From NCBI GenBank assembly GCA_038496445.1, contig JALMLS010000338.1, positions 1 through 35,610 of the forward strand: a stretch of DNA of 35,610 nucleotides, given 5' to 3'. Below, one piece after another: positions 13,628 through 23,306 of the stretch. Under the pieces are notes generated by a model. That model was not told the origin of the DNA and ran no database searches. It saw nothing but the letters and a program-made list of their open reading frames with translations. This DNA is from Trichosphaerium sp. ATCC 40318 (taxonomy: Eukaryota; Protista; Tubulinea). The first letter of the stretch is position 1. Each line of letters opens with the position of its first letter. Position numbers and translations under genes: made by a program.

Positions 13628-14786
13628 ATGTTGTGGTTTGGTTGCGTGTAACGTTCTGCCTAAATTTAATAGTAAATACCTGATTCCTACTTCTAGAAAA
13701 CAAGTACAAAATAATTCAACAACTACAATATCCCCTGCATTGATCGGCTCTTCCATGGACATTACAATCAGGTACACTAACTAACAACACAGTAAGAATA
13801 CTAAATGTCATGTTTAGAAATACAACAACATTCGAAAACAACCTCAACAATAGTACTGCACAAGCAATTGTATTGTACTAATTTATGAAATAGATACTGG
13901 AAGCGTTTTTGACTGTCCTTCAACACCAACAAATCTTACATGTGGCTGCAGCTACTCTGATATCACCATATATTTTGTAGATTGCCAAACTAATGGTACA
14001 CAGTATTATGTATTTACTCGCTTACAGTGTTGAATAGTTACTTGTGAAGGCAAAACTTTCATTCCTCCAACAATACCACCAACCACAATACCGCCTACAA
14101 CTGTACCAACTTTATCACCTACAACTGCACCAACAGTGGGTAGTCTACCACCTGAAATAGTGCTGTCTAGTCGTTTGATAATAAATGGTGACTTTGTAAA
14201 CTCAGAGATAGCAACAATCGTTCCAGGAGGCTTTCTTCAAGTTGAAGGTATGTCTTGTATCACAAGTTATTTAGAACACGTTTATTGGATAATCCAATGT
14301 TTAGGATGTATTGTGATACCATCAAATACAACGTTCATCATTGACTTCACAAGTGATAATAACACAAGTGTTGGCGAGACAAGAAGAGAAGTAATACGAA
14401 GCAACAGCAACTGTATCAATGGCACTTTTACAGTTCTTTCACCAGAATGTGTATTGGCGAGAATTGAGCAGACTCTTTCATCGTATGCTTTTATCTTTGC
14501 ACTGAATCTCTAACTTTTGCTAGTGTAATTGTGATCACATCAAGATCTGATAGTTGTGATGATGGAGCATCAGCATCAGTAAATGTTGGTTTGGTGTTAG
14601 GTGTCACATTTGGCATTCTTGTGTTCGTATGTGAAAACATTTCTTGTTTTCATTTATTTTTCTCAAACTAAATTTGTATGGTAGATTGCTGTTGGTCTGA
14701 TTATTGCTTTCTTTGTACCTAAGTTGAGACAAGCCATCTTCCCTTATACTTTAACTACCAAGGAAGTACGAATATCTTCTGTTTGA
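13628..14786 (+). pseudogene. Surface glycoprotein family copy 4, 5'-truncated (exons 10-16 intact; possible in-frame ATG at 13628)
   Basis: Homology starts abruptly at ~13643 (TGCGT|gtaacg). The downstream exons are in frame to TGA 14784-14786 and are closest to copy 2. Confidence 0.75.
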
Positions 14787-15100
14787 ACCTAACAGTAAAA
14801 TACTTATCATCAATCATTCAAGTTAACTTAAAGTGGCTTTTTTTGCAAGTTTTTGTCAATTCTAGATCAACGTATTTGTAAATTAATGGGTTTTTGTGTT
14901 GTCTATTTAGACAATCTGACGGACATGGCACTGCTGACAGAACTTGCAAATCTCACATTTGCACTGTCACGTGGTAATTTGTTGCGCATACAACCGTTTT
15001 TTCAAACCTCATAATAAACTAACAATAGAATTAATGCTAAAATTTGGTAAGTGGCGAAGAGCTCAGCTGTGGATAGAGCGATCCCGTGGAAACTCAGTTA
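13643..15100 (+). repeat. Segmental duplication of ~4825-6265 (copy 2 3' half plus its 3' flank)
   Basis: Exons, introns and ~300 bp of downstream non-coding sequence align. Weaker homology continues at 15285-15420 versus 6375-6490. Confidence 0.85.
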
Positions 15101-15165
15101 GAACCTCCGGAAGTGAGGTCTCAAAAGTACTTCAAGGAATCATTTCTGCCATAACCATAATTCTA

Positions 15166-15250
15166 GCTTGCCGTATCATTGAAAATGCTGAAGCAAACAA
15201 CAAAGATATCTTTGCAATTTACATAGATTTCTCTAAGGCATGACTCTGTC
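15166..15250 (+). mobile_element. Non-LTR retrotransposon reverse transcriptase remnant
   Basis: ACRIIENAEANNKDIFAIYIDFSKA, then a frameshift into DSV, matches the LINE RT motif D-F-x-K-A-(F/Y)-D-S-V. Confidence 0.7.
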
Positions 15251-15876
15251 TTCAACTGGGAACAATTGTTAGGGGTCTAATACTGAGCTCTTAATCACGC
15301 CCTAAACACAATTTTTTGACACAGATTTTAAGGAAAATAAGCTACTTGCACAAAATAAATCAAGAAATTACCAACATTTCCAGTTAATTGATTTTACAAT
15401 GTATCACAAAATAGTTGCACTTTATGGATCGTAAAAATTGTTTTAGATTAAGCAGTAAAGATAATATAACCTAGCAACAAAAATAACGATCGTAGGATGC
15501 TTTGCAGCACCTAGTCAAAGTTTATATAGAGCTTTTCCCTAACGGCAGAACTCACCTCTGTATCGGACCTTATAATTTTCTTGGCCCAGACCGAGTTCCT
15601 AAGTTAATTACGTGCTACTTACGAGGACATGCTGGCTAATGTAACGATTCAAGCTTTCACACTACGTCGGATTAAGATGGAACTTTGACAATTCCACCTC
15701 GCAATGCATACACCCACTAAGCTAGACGGAGGACTCCCTTAAATATTTTCGACCAAATGGCTAGGAAGCCCCACGCGTGGTGCACACACTGCAACTACTA
15801 CAATTTACCAACTATTTTCGTTTCATTTTATACCCATAAAAACAGCTGAGAAATAAATTGTGGGATACAGAGTGCA

Positions 15877-16210
15877 CTTCACTGAAAATTCTATTGTAAT
15901 TACTCAAATATGGATAATGCACATATCAAAACGCTATTAAAGGCTTGCGCACGCTATTGGAACACTTGGAAACCATTGCAGCAAAGTTTTGGTTCAAAAA
16001 ACATGTTAGTAACCGAGAACTTCTTTTTTGGGTTGTTGCATTGTTCCTCTTCACTGAAATTCTATTGTAATTACTCAAAAAGAGATAATGCACATCTTAA
16101 AACGCTCACAAACGCTGTTGATAGCTATTTACACATAGGAACCTTATCTACAATGTTTTGGTTCGCAAAACGTGCAACTAAACAATAAATTCTTTTTCTG
16201 GTGTTTTGCC
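15877..16210. repeat. Imperfect tandem repeat, period ~172 bp, ~2 units
   Basis: CTTCACTGAAA(A)TTCTATTGTAATTACTCAAA..GATAATGCACAT occurs at 15877 and 16049; both units end with GTTTTGGTTC..AAAAC..TTCTTTTT. Confidence 0.8.
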
Positions 16211-16864
16211 TAATATAAATCAACGAAAACCAATTCTCCACCGAATTCCTTCACCAAAGTACCAAGTCCTCAGTGGTAGCGTCTATATAAAGTAAGTTAT
16301 TTAAAAAAGGCGACAATCTGTGAGTAAGTTGCTATGACGTACGACTAAACAGCCAAGGAATGGTAAACTAGGGCAACTGAATGCAAGAGCAAGTAAGGAT
16401 TGATTCCCAAGTTTCTTGCAACCTTTGAGGTTAATGTACATCAATCTCGTTTTAAAGGCTCTGCAAGATACTTTACGCCCTGTAATGTAATGTGTTATTT
16501 CACATGCCTTATCAGTAGTATTTGTGTTTGCAAGATCAAGGCTTGAAAAGTTACGAAAATCAAGTGCAAGCTTCTCAAGACGTTGTCAGTCAATTCAGAG
16601 GCATTCTTTAACTAAGATTTCTCCTACTGGTTATCTTTGTTATAAATATTGTATACATTACCAAAGTAAGCATGTTCTTAGAAGAAAGAAGGAAGAAGGG
16701 AAAGTATTAAATATAAAAATGATAAAAAAAAAAAGAGTAAAAAAAAGATGCTAGGCCGTCAGCAAACTGGTCAAGGATGGAATGTACGCAGAGTATTGCT
16801 CGATAAATAGATTGAAGTTAAGCCTTACTGAGTTTGCGTTCCCTTAAGTTAACGTGGTAAGTCA

Positions 16865-17176
16865 TTAAACATCATCGAGTCTTGTGGTACCTTTTTGATC
16901 AAGCAAAAAAGCCATAATATTGTTTAGGACCTTGGAACGACTACGTATAGATACAAGTGAAGCTAAATCTCTACGACTGCACCAGTGAAAGCATTTACCA
17001 AATATATGGATTTTATTTGATGCATCATCAGGTAATAAATAACTTGGTAGCTTTCTAAAATTTGTCATTCCCAAGTCAAAAAAGATGAAAAAAATTCTGC
17101 TATCGAGTGCCACATAGATGATGTCTTTACACCTTAACACGCCATCATGTATTTATTTTATTTACTGTCGCATAGA
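16865..17176 (-). pseudogene. Degenerate casein kinase 1-like kinase, 3' part (interrupted by the LTR element)
   Basis: IHDGVLRCKDI..IFFDLGM..HIFGK..SRRDLASL resembles CK1 subdomains VIb-IX (IH..HRDIK, IDFGL, SRRDDLESL), but the catalytic motifs are degraded. Confidence 0.4.
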
Positions 17177-17300
17177 TGTAAGAATGGTTTAGGTAGTTAA
17201 TCGAGGAGCGGCCGGTGGCTCTCCTACTTCTTTATTCCGTGCTTAAGGCACGATAGTCATGAGTGACTTAGTACAAGATTGGTGATATATGTATCTTACA
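17177..17300 (-). repeat. 3' LTR (124 bp)
   Basis: TGTAAGA...TCTTACA terminal inverted repeat; one mismatch to 23179-23302. Confidence 0.97.
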
Positions 17301-17303
17301 CAA

Positions 17304-17318
17304 CTCCCTCCTTTCTTT
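17304..17318 (-). other. Polypurine tract
   Basis: Minus strand AAAGAAAGGAGGGAG lies 3 nt before the 3' LTR. Confidence 0.9.
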
Positions 17319-17441
17319 AGACAACGTCTCGGTGTTGTTTCCTTCGTCTTTGTCGTCTTCTTGCTATTCTGACTAGCACTCAGAAACCTTCATAACCGTA
17401 GACCAACTCTTGGCTGGAGGTAGATTTAGTGCTGTCCCAAT

Positions 17442-20400
17442 CTAGTGATTGCCAGAGAGTGCCAGTGCTATATCCAGCGCGAATCTATCTTCAAATTGTT
17501 CTATCAGTTCATCTATCCAGTCTTCGTGTTTGTCATATTGTACATCTTCGTCGTCTGGTCGTAAGAATGAATCGATGAAAGGTTTTAATCTTTCAACGTT
17601 GAACACTCTACTCATTTGGCTCTCTTCGGGTAATTCGATTAAACATGTTGTGGGTCCCGATCTGCTGAGTATTTTGTATGGTCCTCTCCACTTGCATGTG
17701 AATTTACCCTCTTCTTCTTTCCTGTATGGTACATTGATCCATACTAGTTGTCCTGCTTTGTAATCTACGAATCTCCTTCTCTTATTGTAGTATCTAGCTT
17801 GGTCTTTCTTGGCTCTAAGTATTGCTTTCTTGGCTATCTGATATGCGTATCTTAGCCGGTGTGCCAGTACATCTGCCCAGTGTGACATCTTGTATTTATC
17901 TGGAATTTGTACTTTCTCTTCTGAGAGCATGTCTATCGGTATCCTGGGTTCTCTTCCAAACATCATCAGGAATGGCGAATACTTGGTGGAGTGATGGACT
18001 GCGGTTCGGTATGCGTATAATGCATATGGTATCCAATAGTCCCAGTCATTTTGCTGTGCATTTACTAATGATTTTAGGATTTCAACTATTGTGTGGTTGA
18101 ATCTCTCTGTTTGGCCGTCCGTTTGGGGATGGAATGCTGTTGTCTTCTTTGGATGAATATACAGCATGTTCATCACCTTTGTTAAGAAACGGCCAGTGAA
18201 GTCTCTGCCTTGATCCGTTAATACCTGTTTTGGCAGGCCGTATCGGAAGCAGAAATCTTTCACAAACACTGGAGCCACATCCGTAGCATGGTGGCTAGTC
18301 AGAGGGTACGCGTCTGACCATTTGGTGAAGTGATCTGTAATCACTAACAGGTACTTGTAGCCCCTAGCCGTTTGAGGTAGTGGACCGACGATGTCCATTG
18401 CCACTACCTGCATTGGCTCCAAAATAGGGAAGTTGACTGCGAACCCACCCTTTGGTAATCGAGGCGTCTTAGCCTTCTGACATCGCCTGCATGAGTCGCA
18501 CCATTCTCGCACATCTGAATACATGTTTGGCCAGTAGAATCTCCTGATTAGCCGCTGGTATGTTTTGATGAAACCAAAGTGTCCTGCGAATGGTGCGTTG
18601 TGGCATTGTCGTAATATGAAGTTTTGTAATGATTTCGGTACGTAAATCTGTAGTGTGTTCTCTCCTCGCGTGTTTTTGTTTCTTCTGTCCACATGATATA
18701 GGATATGTTTATCTTCTTCGTAGCCCAGTTGTTTTGCCTTCATGATAAATAATGTTTTCCTGAATCCGTGCTTCCATCTGACCCAGTCCGGTATAGTTCC
18801 TTCTGTCAGGTACTGTATGTATGCTCTGACTTCTGGGTCAGCTCTTTGGCAGTTGCTCCAGTCAATCGGTTCCATTTCCTCCAATCCCTGTCTGAAACTC
18901 GTTTTGTTTTTCTTAGGTCTTTCTTCTGTTTGCATGACCGTGTCCGCTTGTTGTTCCCATTCGTTTTCCTGGTGTGTTAGTCTTGGTGCATCTCTAGTGT
19001 TATTCGGGTCCAGTTGCATGTATGTGAGGTTGACGGTGGGTGCCAGTGGTGGTCTGGTGAGTGCATCGGCGTCTAAGTGTCTACTGCCTTTTTTGTATTT
19101 GAGCTTATAGTCATAGCTCTGTAGCTCCAATAGCCATCTCGCCACCATTGCTCGCGGGTTTTTTAGTCCTTGTATGTATTCTAGGGGTTTGTGGTCTGTG
19201 TATACTACTAGCGTGAATTGTGTCAGCGATATGTAGCCGGCGAATTCTTTCATTGCGGAGATTACCCCTAGAGTTTCTCGTTCAATTGTAGAGTACTTTT
19301 GTTGGGTTTTAGTGAATGCCTTGCTGTAGTATGCGATCACATGTTCCCGACCTTGTATCTTCTGTACCAGGGTAGCTCCCATTGCTACTTGTGATGCGTC
19401 CACGTGTATTTCAAATGGTACTGTGAAGTCGGGATGTAGTAGTATCGGCGGCGATATTAATAGGTTTTTTAATTTATCGAACGATCTTTGTTGTGCTTCA
19501 TTCCATTGCCATTCGTAGTTCTTTTGTTTTAGTTTGTTGAGAGGATTGGCCCAGTGTGCGTATTTTGGTACGAACCACTGGTAGTATCCTGTTATGCCCA
19601 AAAAGCGTTCCACTTCGGTTATGTTCTTTGGTGGTGGAGCGTTCTTTATCACATTTATGATCCTTGGGTTTGTGGCTATGCCGTTGGGAGTGACAACGTG
19701 ACCCAGGAATTCTACCTCATCCTTGAAGAGTACTGCTTTGGATGCCTTGAGTTTCACGTTATGCTCTCGTAGTCTGGAGAACATCAGTTTCAGATGTACT
19801 AGGTGTTCCTCGAATGTGCCGCTGAATACAATGATATCATCTACATAGCATAGGCAGATTTGCCAGAGTAGTCCTGACAGCATCAGGTTCATGTGTCTCT
19901 GGAATGTGGCTTGTGCATTCTTCAACCCGAATGGCATCCCTAGCCATTCATATAGGCCCCACGGTGTGGCGAACGCTGTCTTGGGTCTATCTCTGTTGGC
20001 CATCTTTATTTGCCAGTATCCAGATATTGCATCGAAGAGTGAAAACAGCTTAGCTCTGGATAGTGCTTCCAGTAGTTCTGTTATTCTTGGTAATGGGTGT
20101 ACGTCTTTCTTTGTGACCTTGTTCAGCTCTCTGTAGTCAATACAGAATCGCCATGTGCCATCCTTTTTCTTGACGAGCACTACCGGTGCGGACCATTGAG
20201 ACTTGGATTCTTGGATGACGCCCATCTTGAGCATCTTCTCTACCTCTTCTCGTACTATCTCTCGTTTTTGTGGCGGTAGAGGCCTGTATGGTATGTGTAC
20301 TGGCCTCGCGTTGTCTTCTACATCGATGTAATGTTCGGTTCCTTTGGCCTCTGCTGGTGTTTCTAGCTCTGATGTGAATACATCCAAATTAGAGGCCATG

Positions 20401-23147
20401 AATGTGTATGCAATCTCTTTTTGATCGTTTGTTATGTTATTACCCTCCATTTTGAAGATCTTTTTAGCTTTAAGTACGTCCTCTTCTGTGACTTTCATTC
20501 CTTCTTTCTTGATCTTGTCCATTTCGCCTCTATAGTCGATATCCAGTGCAGCGACAGTGTCTCCGTCTTCCAGTATTTTGAATTTTGCGATGTTGCATCC
20601 TCTTTTCAGTATTTTTGTTCTGTTCGTAGAATTCATCACGTGTACTGGCACCATGTATCGGTCGATTACATAGCAACACGACTTTGCCAGCTGTATGCCG
20701 AGTTTGTCGAATATGACATTGTTACCGTTGCTTTCGTCCGCATCGTGTGCTTCGACGATTCCAGCTTTCTTTGTCACTGGCGTGGATAATCGTGCCCAGA
20801 ATTGACATTGTGAATATCTGGGTATTTTTACTCTGCCACTGGTGATCACGTGTGCTTCTTCGGTGCGGCTTGCTGCTTCTCTGATCCGATTGAGCTGTAT
20901 CGTTTCCTGTTTTGCGTTGGTGATGGCTTCTTTGTCGAAGTTTATGTTAAGCTTGAATTCCTTTATCATATTTAATCCCAGTAGCACGTTATATCGGAAT
21001 TTCTTGACCACGTAGAACATGACATTCCTTTTGTCAGACCCCATGCCGATCGGTATTGTGGCTGTGCCAATAATGGGAAGTGGTTTGTTGTTTGCAGCAA
21101 ATACTTTAGGTTGAGCCATTCTGTGTACGATGTTACGCTTACTGATCCGTTTAATCATCTTATGGCTGATGATGCTGCACGTTGCGCCCGAATCTATCAC
21201 CGCTTGTACGTCTTTGATGTTATTTACCGTAATTCCAGCGGTCGTGATATTGTAGGAGTATTTTCTACGCGTAGGGCCGTCTGCTATAGTGTTTACGCTG
21301 TCATCGGTGTGTAACCGCGTGTACTCTATGCAATGGTTCTGCCTTTTGCCCTCTGATGGCGCTGGAGCCTGTCTTGATGGTTTAACGGCGTGTTTTATGT
21401 CGTCCAGTGTGAGCACTCGTTTTATGCATTCCGTTTTTCTATCTGTCGCCATGCGCTCTTTGGTGGCGTAACTATCGAAACTACAGTGCGCTCCTGTGGA
21501 TCTACTAACAACATTGTAATGCCAAATTCTTTTATTTATGTCAACACTATTAACGTTGTTGTCGAAGCGTCTAGGGCATTTCATTGCCGAGTGGTCTGCT
21601 TTACCACATATCTGACATGCCTCTCTTCTATCCCTGTTGCTATCTTCGCGCCTATCGTTAATCCTTCTTCTCTTTCTATCTTCGCTATCACGCCTATCCT
21701 CTTCGGCCGCTCTACGCCGTTTGTCGTACGCAGTCGGTCTTCTATCTCTGTTTGTGGGTCTCCTATCGTAGGTGTCTCTTCTGTCACGCCCTCTATAGCG
21801 ATCGTCGCGTATTGTATCTGCTCTTCGATAATCTCTGTCTCTCTGTTTCGGTGGTTCACGATCTAGCCTGTCACGCCTATCTCTTGCATCTCTGTCCCGC
21901 CGGTCAATCGGTTGTTTCGGTGGTGGCCGCGGTTTTCTGATCACATTGACGTCTTCTGTGATCGTTCCAGAGCTCTTGAGTTGTCGCTGCTTCATCTTCT
22001 CTTGCATTTTGCGTTTGTCGTTGAGCTTTCTCTCGGCAATGGTGGCTAATCTGATCAGTTCCTCATAGTCCATCTGGTTGGTATCGTAGTGGCCATAGTG
22101 TTCTTTGAGCTTCAGTTGTATCGTGGGTAGCGTGCCCAAGAAGAAGAGTCTCGTCTTTTCTGAGACCGATTGTCTTGCCATGTTTGCCCAGCGATCTATG
22201 TACGCTCTAAACTCCTCTACGGACTGACCGATTCGCTGTTGTGAGGACTGTAGCTTTTGGTAGGCTTCGTCGGTACCCCTTATGTATTGGAAGCGTTGGA
22301 TCAGTGCCAATATGATTTCGGCTGGTTCTCGTATGTCCATGTTGCTGAGCATGGTGAAGGCTTCGTTCTTTGCGAACTTGGATAGCAAGTATTTGTACCC
22401 CTTCTTGTCAATGTTGTACGTGTCTACTGTTTGTCGTATCCTCGTGAGGTAGACGTACATAGCTCTGACAGACTTGTTCACGCCAAACATGTCCAAGTTC
22501 TCCGGTATCTTTCCAGCCTTGTTGATCGATATCGATTTGCTCCAATCGTTGCCAATGATTACGCCATGGTTGTTCTTGATTGCGTGCGGTAAGAATTGTA
22601 GGACGTGTTTCAACTCTTCTTTAGTGCATTCCAATCCATGTAGCGTCTCTATGTATGCTGTAGCGTTGTAATCGGATACACTGGAGTGGCTTTTGGGTGC
22701 GCTATTCGGCGTTTTGCGTACTTCTTGCCGCATTCGTTTGTAGCTAGATGCTTCGCCATCTGAGTCTTCGCCAAGGTCAATCGGGCTCAGTCGTTCCTTG
22801 TTTTGTATAGTTGGCATCATGGGTTGTGGCGGTGCTGTTTTGCGCTTCTTCTTGCCCTTATCTTTGCCCACGCCATTGTTGCTGCGTTTACGTACCTTTC
22901 GAGGGGTGCTAGTATCTACTGGCGTCGTTTTGCCCAATTTCTTTTTCGGCTTCGTGTTTGCAACTAGAGGTTTAGGTCGCTTCTCAACCCTTTCTTTCTC
23001 ATCTTCCGAGCTATCTGGTATGTGCACTTCCTCTGCGCTATCGGCTTTCTCCCCATCCTCAGATGTAGGTGGAGTCTCTTTCTGGTCTTGTTGCACTATT
23101 TCGTCGGCTAATTCGGGAATGGTCTGATCTACGTCGCCGTCGCTCAT
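17442..23147 (-). CDS. gag-pol: Gag-Pol polyprotein (~1901 aa from first ATG)
   Basis: CCHC knuckle CQICGKADHSAMKC; protease VIDSGAT; RT MPFGLKNA/YVDD; RNase H DAS..E..TDHKPL..DALTR; integrase HHCC (HNAPFAGH..CRRC), D-D-E (MDIVGP, TDQG, QTERFN) and GPY. The ORF-track start at 23177 is a TTG overlapping the PBS. Confidence 0.97.
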   Translation of the reverse strand: MSDGDVDQTIPELADEIVQQDQKETPPTSEDGEKADSAEEVHIPDSSEDEKERVEKRPKPLVANTKPKKKLGKTTPVDTSTPRKVRKRSNNGVGKDKGKKKRKTAPPQPMMPTIQNKERLSPIDLGEDSDGEASSYKRMRQEVRKTPNSAPKSHSSVSDYNATAYIETLHGLECTKEELKHVLQFLPHAIKNNHGVIIGNDWSKSISINKAGKIPENLDMFGVNKSVRAMYVYLTRIRQTVDTYNIDKKGYKYLLSKFAKNEAFTMLSNMDIREPAEIILALIQRFQYIRGTDEAYQKLQSSQQRIGQSVEEFRAYIDRWANMARQSVSEKTRLFFLGTLPTIQLKLKEHYGHYDTNQMDYEELIRLATIAERKLNDKRKMQEKMKQRQLKSSGTITEDVNVIRKPRPPPKQPIDRRDRDARDRRDRLDREPPKQRDRDYRRADTIRDDRYRGRDRRDTYDRRPTNRDRRPTAYDKRRRAAEEDRRDSEDRKRRRINDRREDSNRDRREACQICGKADHSAMKCPRRFDNNVNSVDINKRIWHYNVVSRSTGAHCSFDSYATKERMATDRKTECIKRVLTLDDIKHAVKPSRQAPAPSEGKRQNHCIEYTRLHTDDSVNTIADGPTRRKYSYNITTAGITVNNIKDVQAVIDSGATCSIISHKMIKRISKRNIVHRMAQPKVFAANNKPLPIIGTATIPIGMGSDKRNVMFYVVKKFRYNVLLGLNMIKEFKLNINFDKEAITNAKQETIQLNRIREAASRTEEAHVITSGRVKIPRYSQCQFWARLSTPVTKKAGIVEAHDADESNGNNVIFDKLGIQLAKSCCYVIDRYMVPVHVMNSTNRTKILKRGCNIAKFKILEDGDTVAALDIDYRGEMDKIKKEGMKVTEEDVLKAKKIFKMEGNNITNDQKEIAYTFMASNLDVFTSELETPAEAKGTEHYIDVEDNARPVHIPYRPLPPQKREIVREEVEKMLKMGVIQESKSQWSAPVVLVKKKDGTWRFCIDYRELNKVTKKDVHPLPRITELLEALSRAKLFSLFDAISGYWQIKMANRDRPKTAFATPWGLYEWLGMPFGLKNAQATFQRHMNLMLSGLLWQICLCYVDDIIVFSGTFEEHLVHLKLMFSRLREHNVKLKASKAVLFKDEVEFLGHVVTPNGIATNPRIINVIKNAPPPKNITEVERFLGITGYYQWFVPKYAHWANPLNKLKQKNYEWQWNEAQQRSFDKLKNLLISPPILLHPDFTVPFEIHVDASQVAMGATLVQKIQGREHVIAYYSKAFTKTQQKYSTIERETLGVISAMKEFAGYISLTQFTLVVYTDHKPLEYIQGLKNPRAMVARWLLELQSYDYKLKYKKGSRHLDADALTRPPLAPTVNLTYMQLDPNNTRDAPRLTHQENEWEQQADTVMQTEERPKKNKTSFRQGLEEMEPIDWSNCQRADPEVRAYIQYLTEGTIPDWVRWKHGFRKTLFIMKAKQLGYEEDKHILYHVDRRNKNTRGENTLQIYVPKSLQNFILRQCHNAPFAGHFGFIKTYQRLIRRFYWPNMYSDVREWCDSCRRCQKAKTPRLPKGGFAVNFPILEPMQVVAMDIVGPLPQTARGYKYLLVITDHFTKWSDAYPLTSHHATDVAPVFVKDFCFRYGLPKQVLTDQGRDFTGRFLTKVMNMLYIHPKKTTAFHPQTDGQTERFNHTIVEILKSLVNAQQNDWDYWIPYALYAYRTAVHHSTKYSPFLMMFGREPRIPIDMLSEEKVQIPDKYKMSHWADVLAHRLRYAYQIAKKAILRAKKDQARYYNKRRRFVDYKAGQLVWINVPYRKEEEGKFTCKWRGPYKILSRSGPTTCLIELPEESQMSRVFNVERLKPFIDSFLRPDDEDVQYDKHEDWIDELIEQFEDRFALDIALALSGNH

Positions 23148-23158
23148 TGCAAGTAAAA

Positions 23159-23176
23159 ATCGTACTCGTGTCGCCA
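23159..23176 (-). other. tRNA primer-binding site
   Basis: Minus strand TGGCGACACGAGTACGAT begins 2 nt after the 5' LTR. It is complementary to a tRNA ending ...GTCG-CCA (G discriminator, Arg or Ser type; identity not determined). Confidence 0.8.
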
Positions 23177-23178
23177 AA

Positions 23179-23302
23179 TGTAAGAGTGGTTTAGGTAGTT
23201 AATCGAGGAGCGGCCGGTGGCTCTCCTACTTCTTTATTCCGTGCTTAAGGCACGATAGTCATGAGTGACTTAGTACAAGATTGGTGATATATGTATCTTA
23301 CA
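23179..23302 (-). repeat. 5' LTR (124 bp)
   Basis: Near-identical to 17177-17300; contains AATAAA on the element strand. Confidence 0.97.
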
Positions 23303-23306
23303 TAGA

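Larger units (their letters stand above)
17177..23302 (-). mobile_element. Full-length Ty3/Gypsy (Metaviridae) LTR retrotransposon, 6126 bp
   Basis: Two 124-bp LTRs, 4-bp target duplication TAGA (17173-17176 and 23303-23306), PBS, PPT and a single gag-pol ORF with PR-RT-RH-IN order. Visibly more GC-rich than the flanks. Confidence 0.97.

Noticed and set aside
13330-13640. Possible minus-strand LINE 3' end next to the copy 4 breakpoint
   Set aside because: Compositionally suggestive only; no diagnostic motif, poly(A) tail or TSD.
15540-15800. Possible further non-LTR ORF2 C-terminal remnant
   Set aside because: Only vague similarity; cannot be supported without a search.
15877-16210. CRISPR-like array
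   Set aside because: Only two long degenerate units, no repeat-spacer structure, and a eukaryotic context.
17449-23127. Many + strand ORFs inside the retrotransposon
   Set aside because: Antisense shadows of gag-pol with no recognisable domains.
23147-23177. N-terminal MATRVRFLLA extension of gag in the ORF track
   Set aside because: It starts at a TTG overlapping the PBS; the eukaryotic start is more likely ATG 23147.
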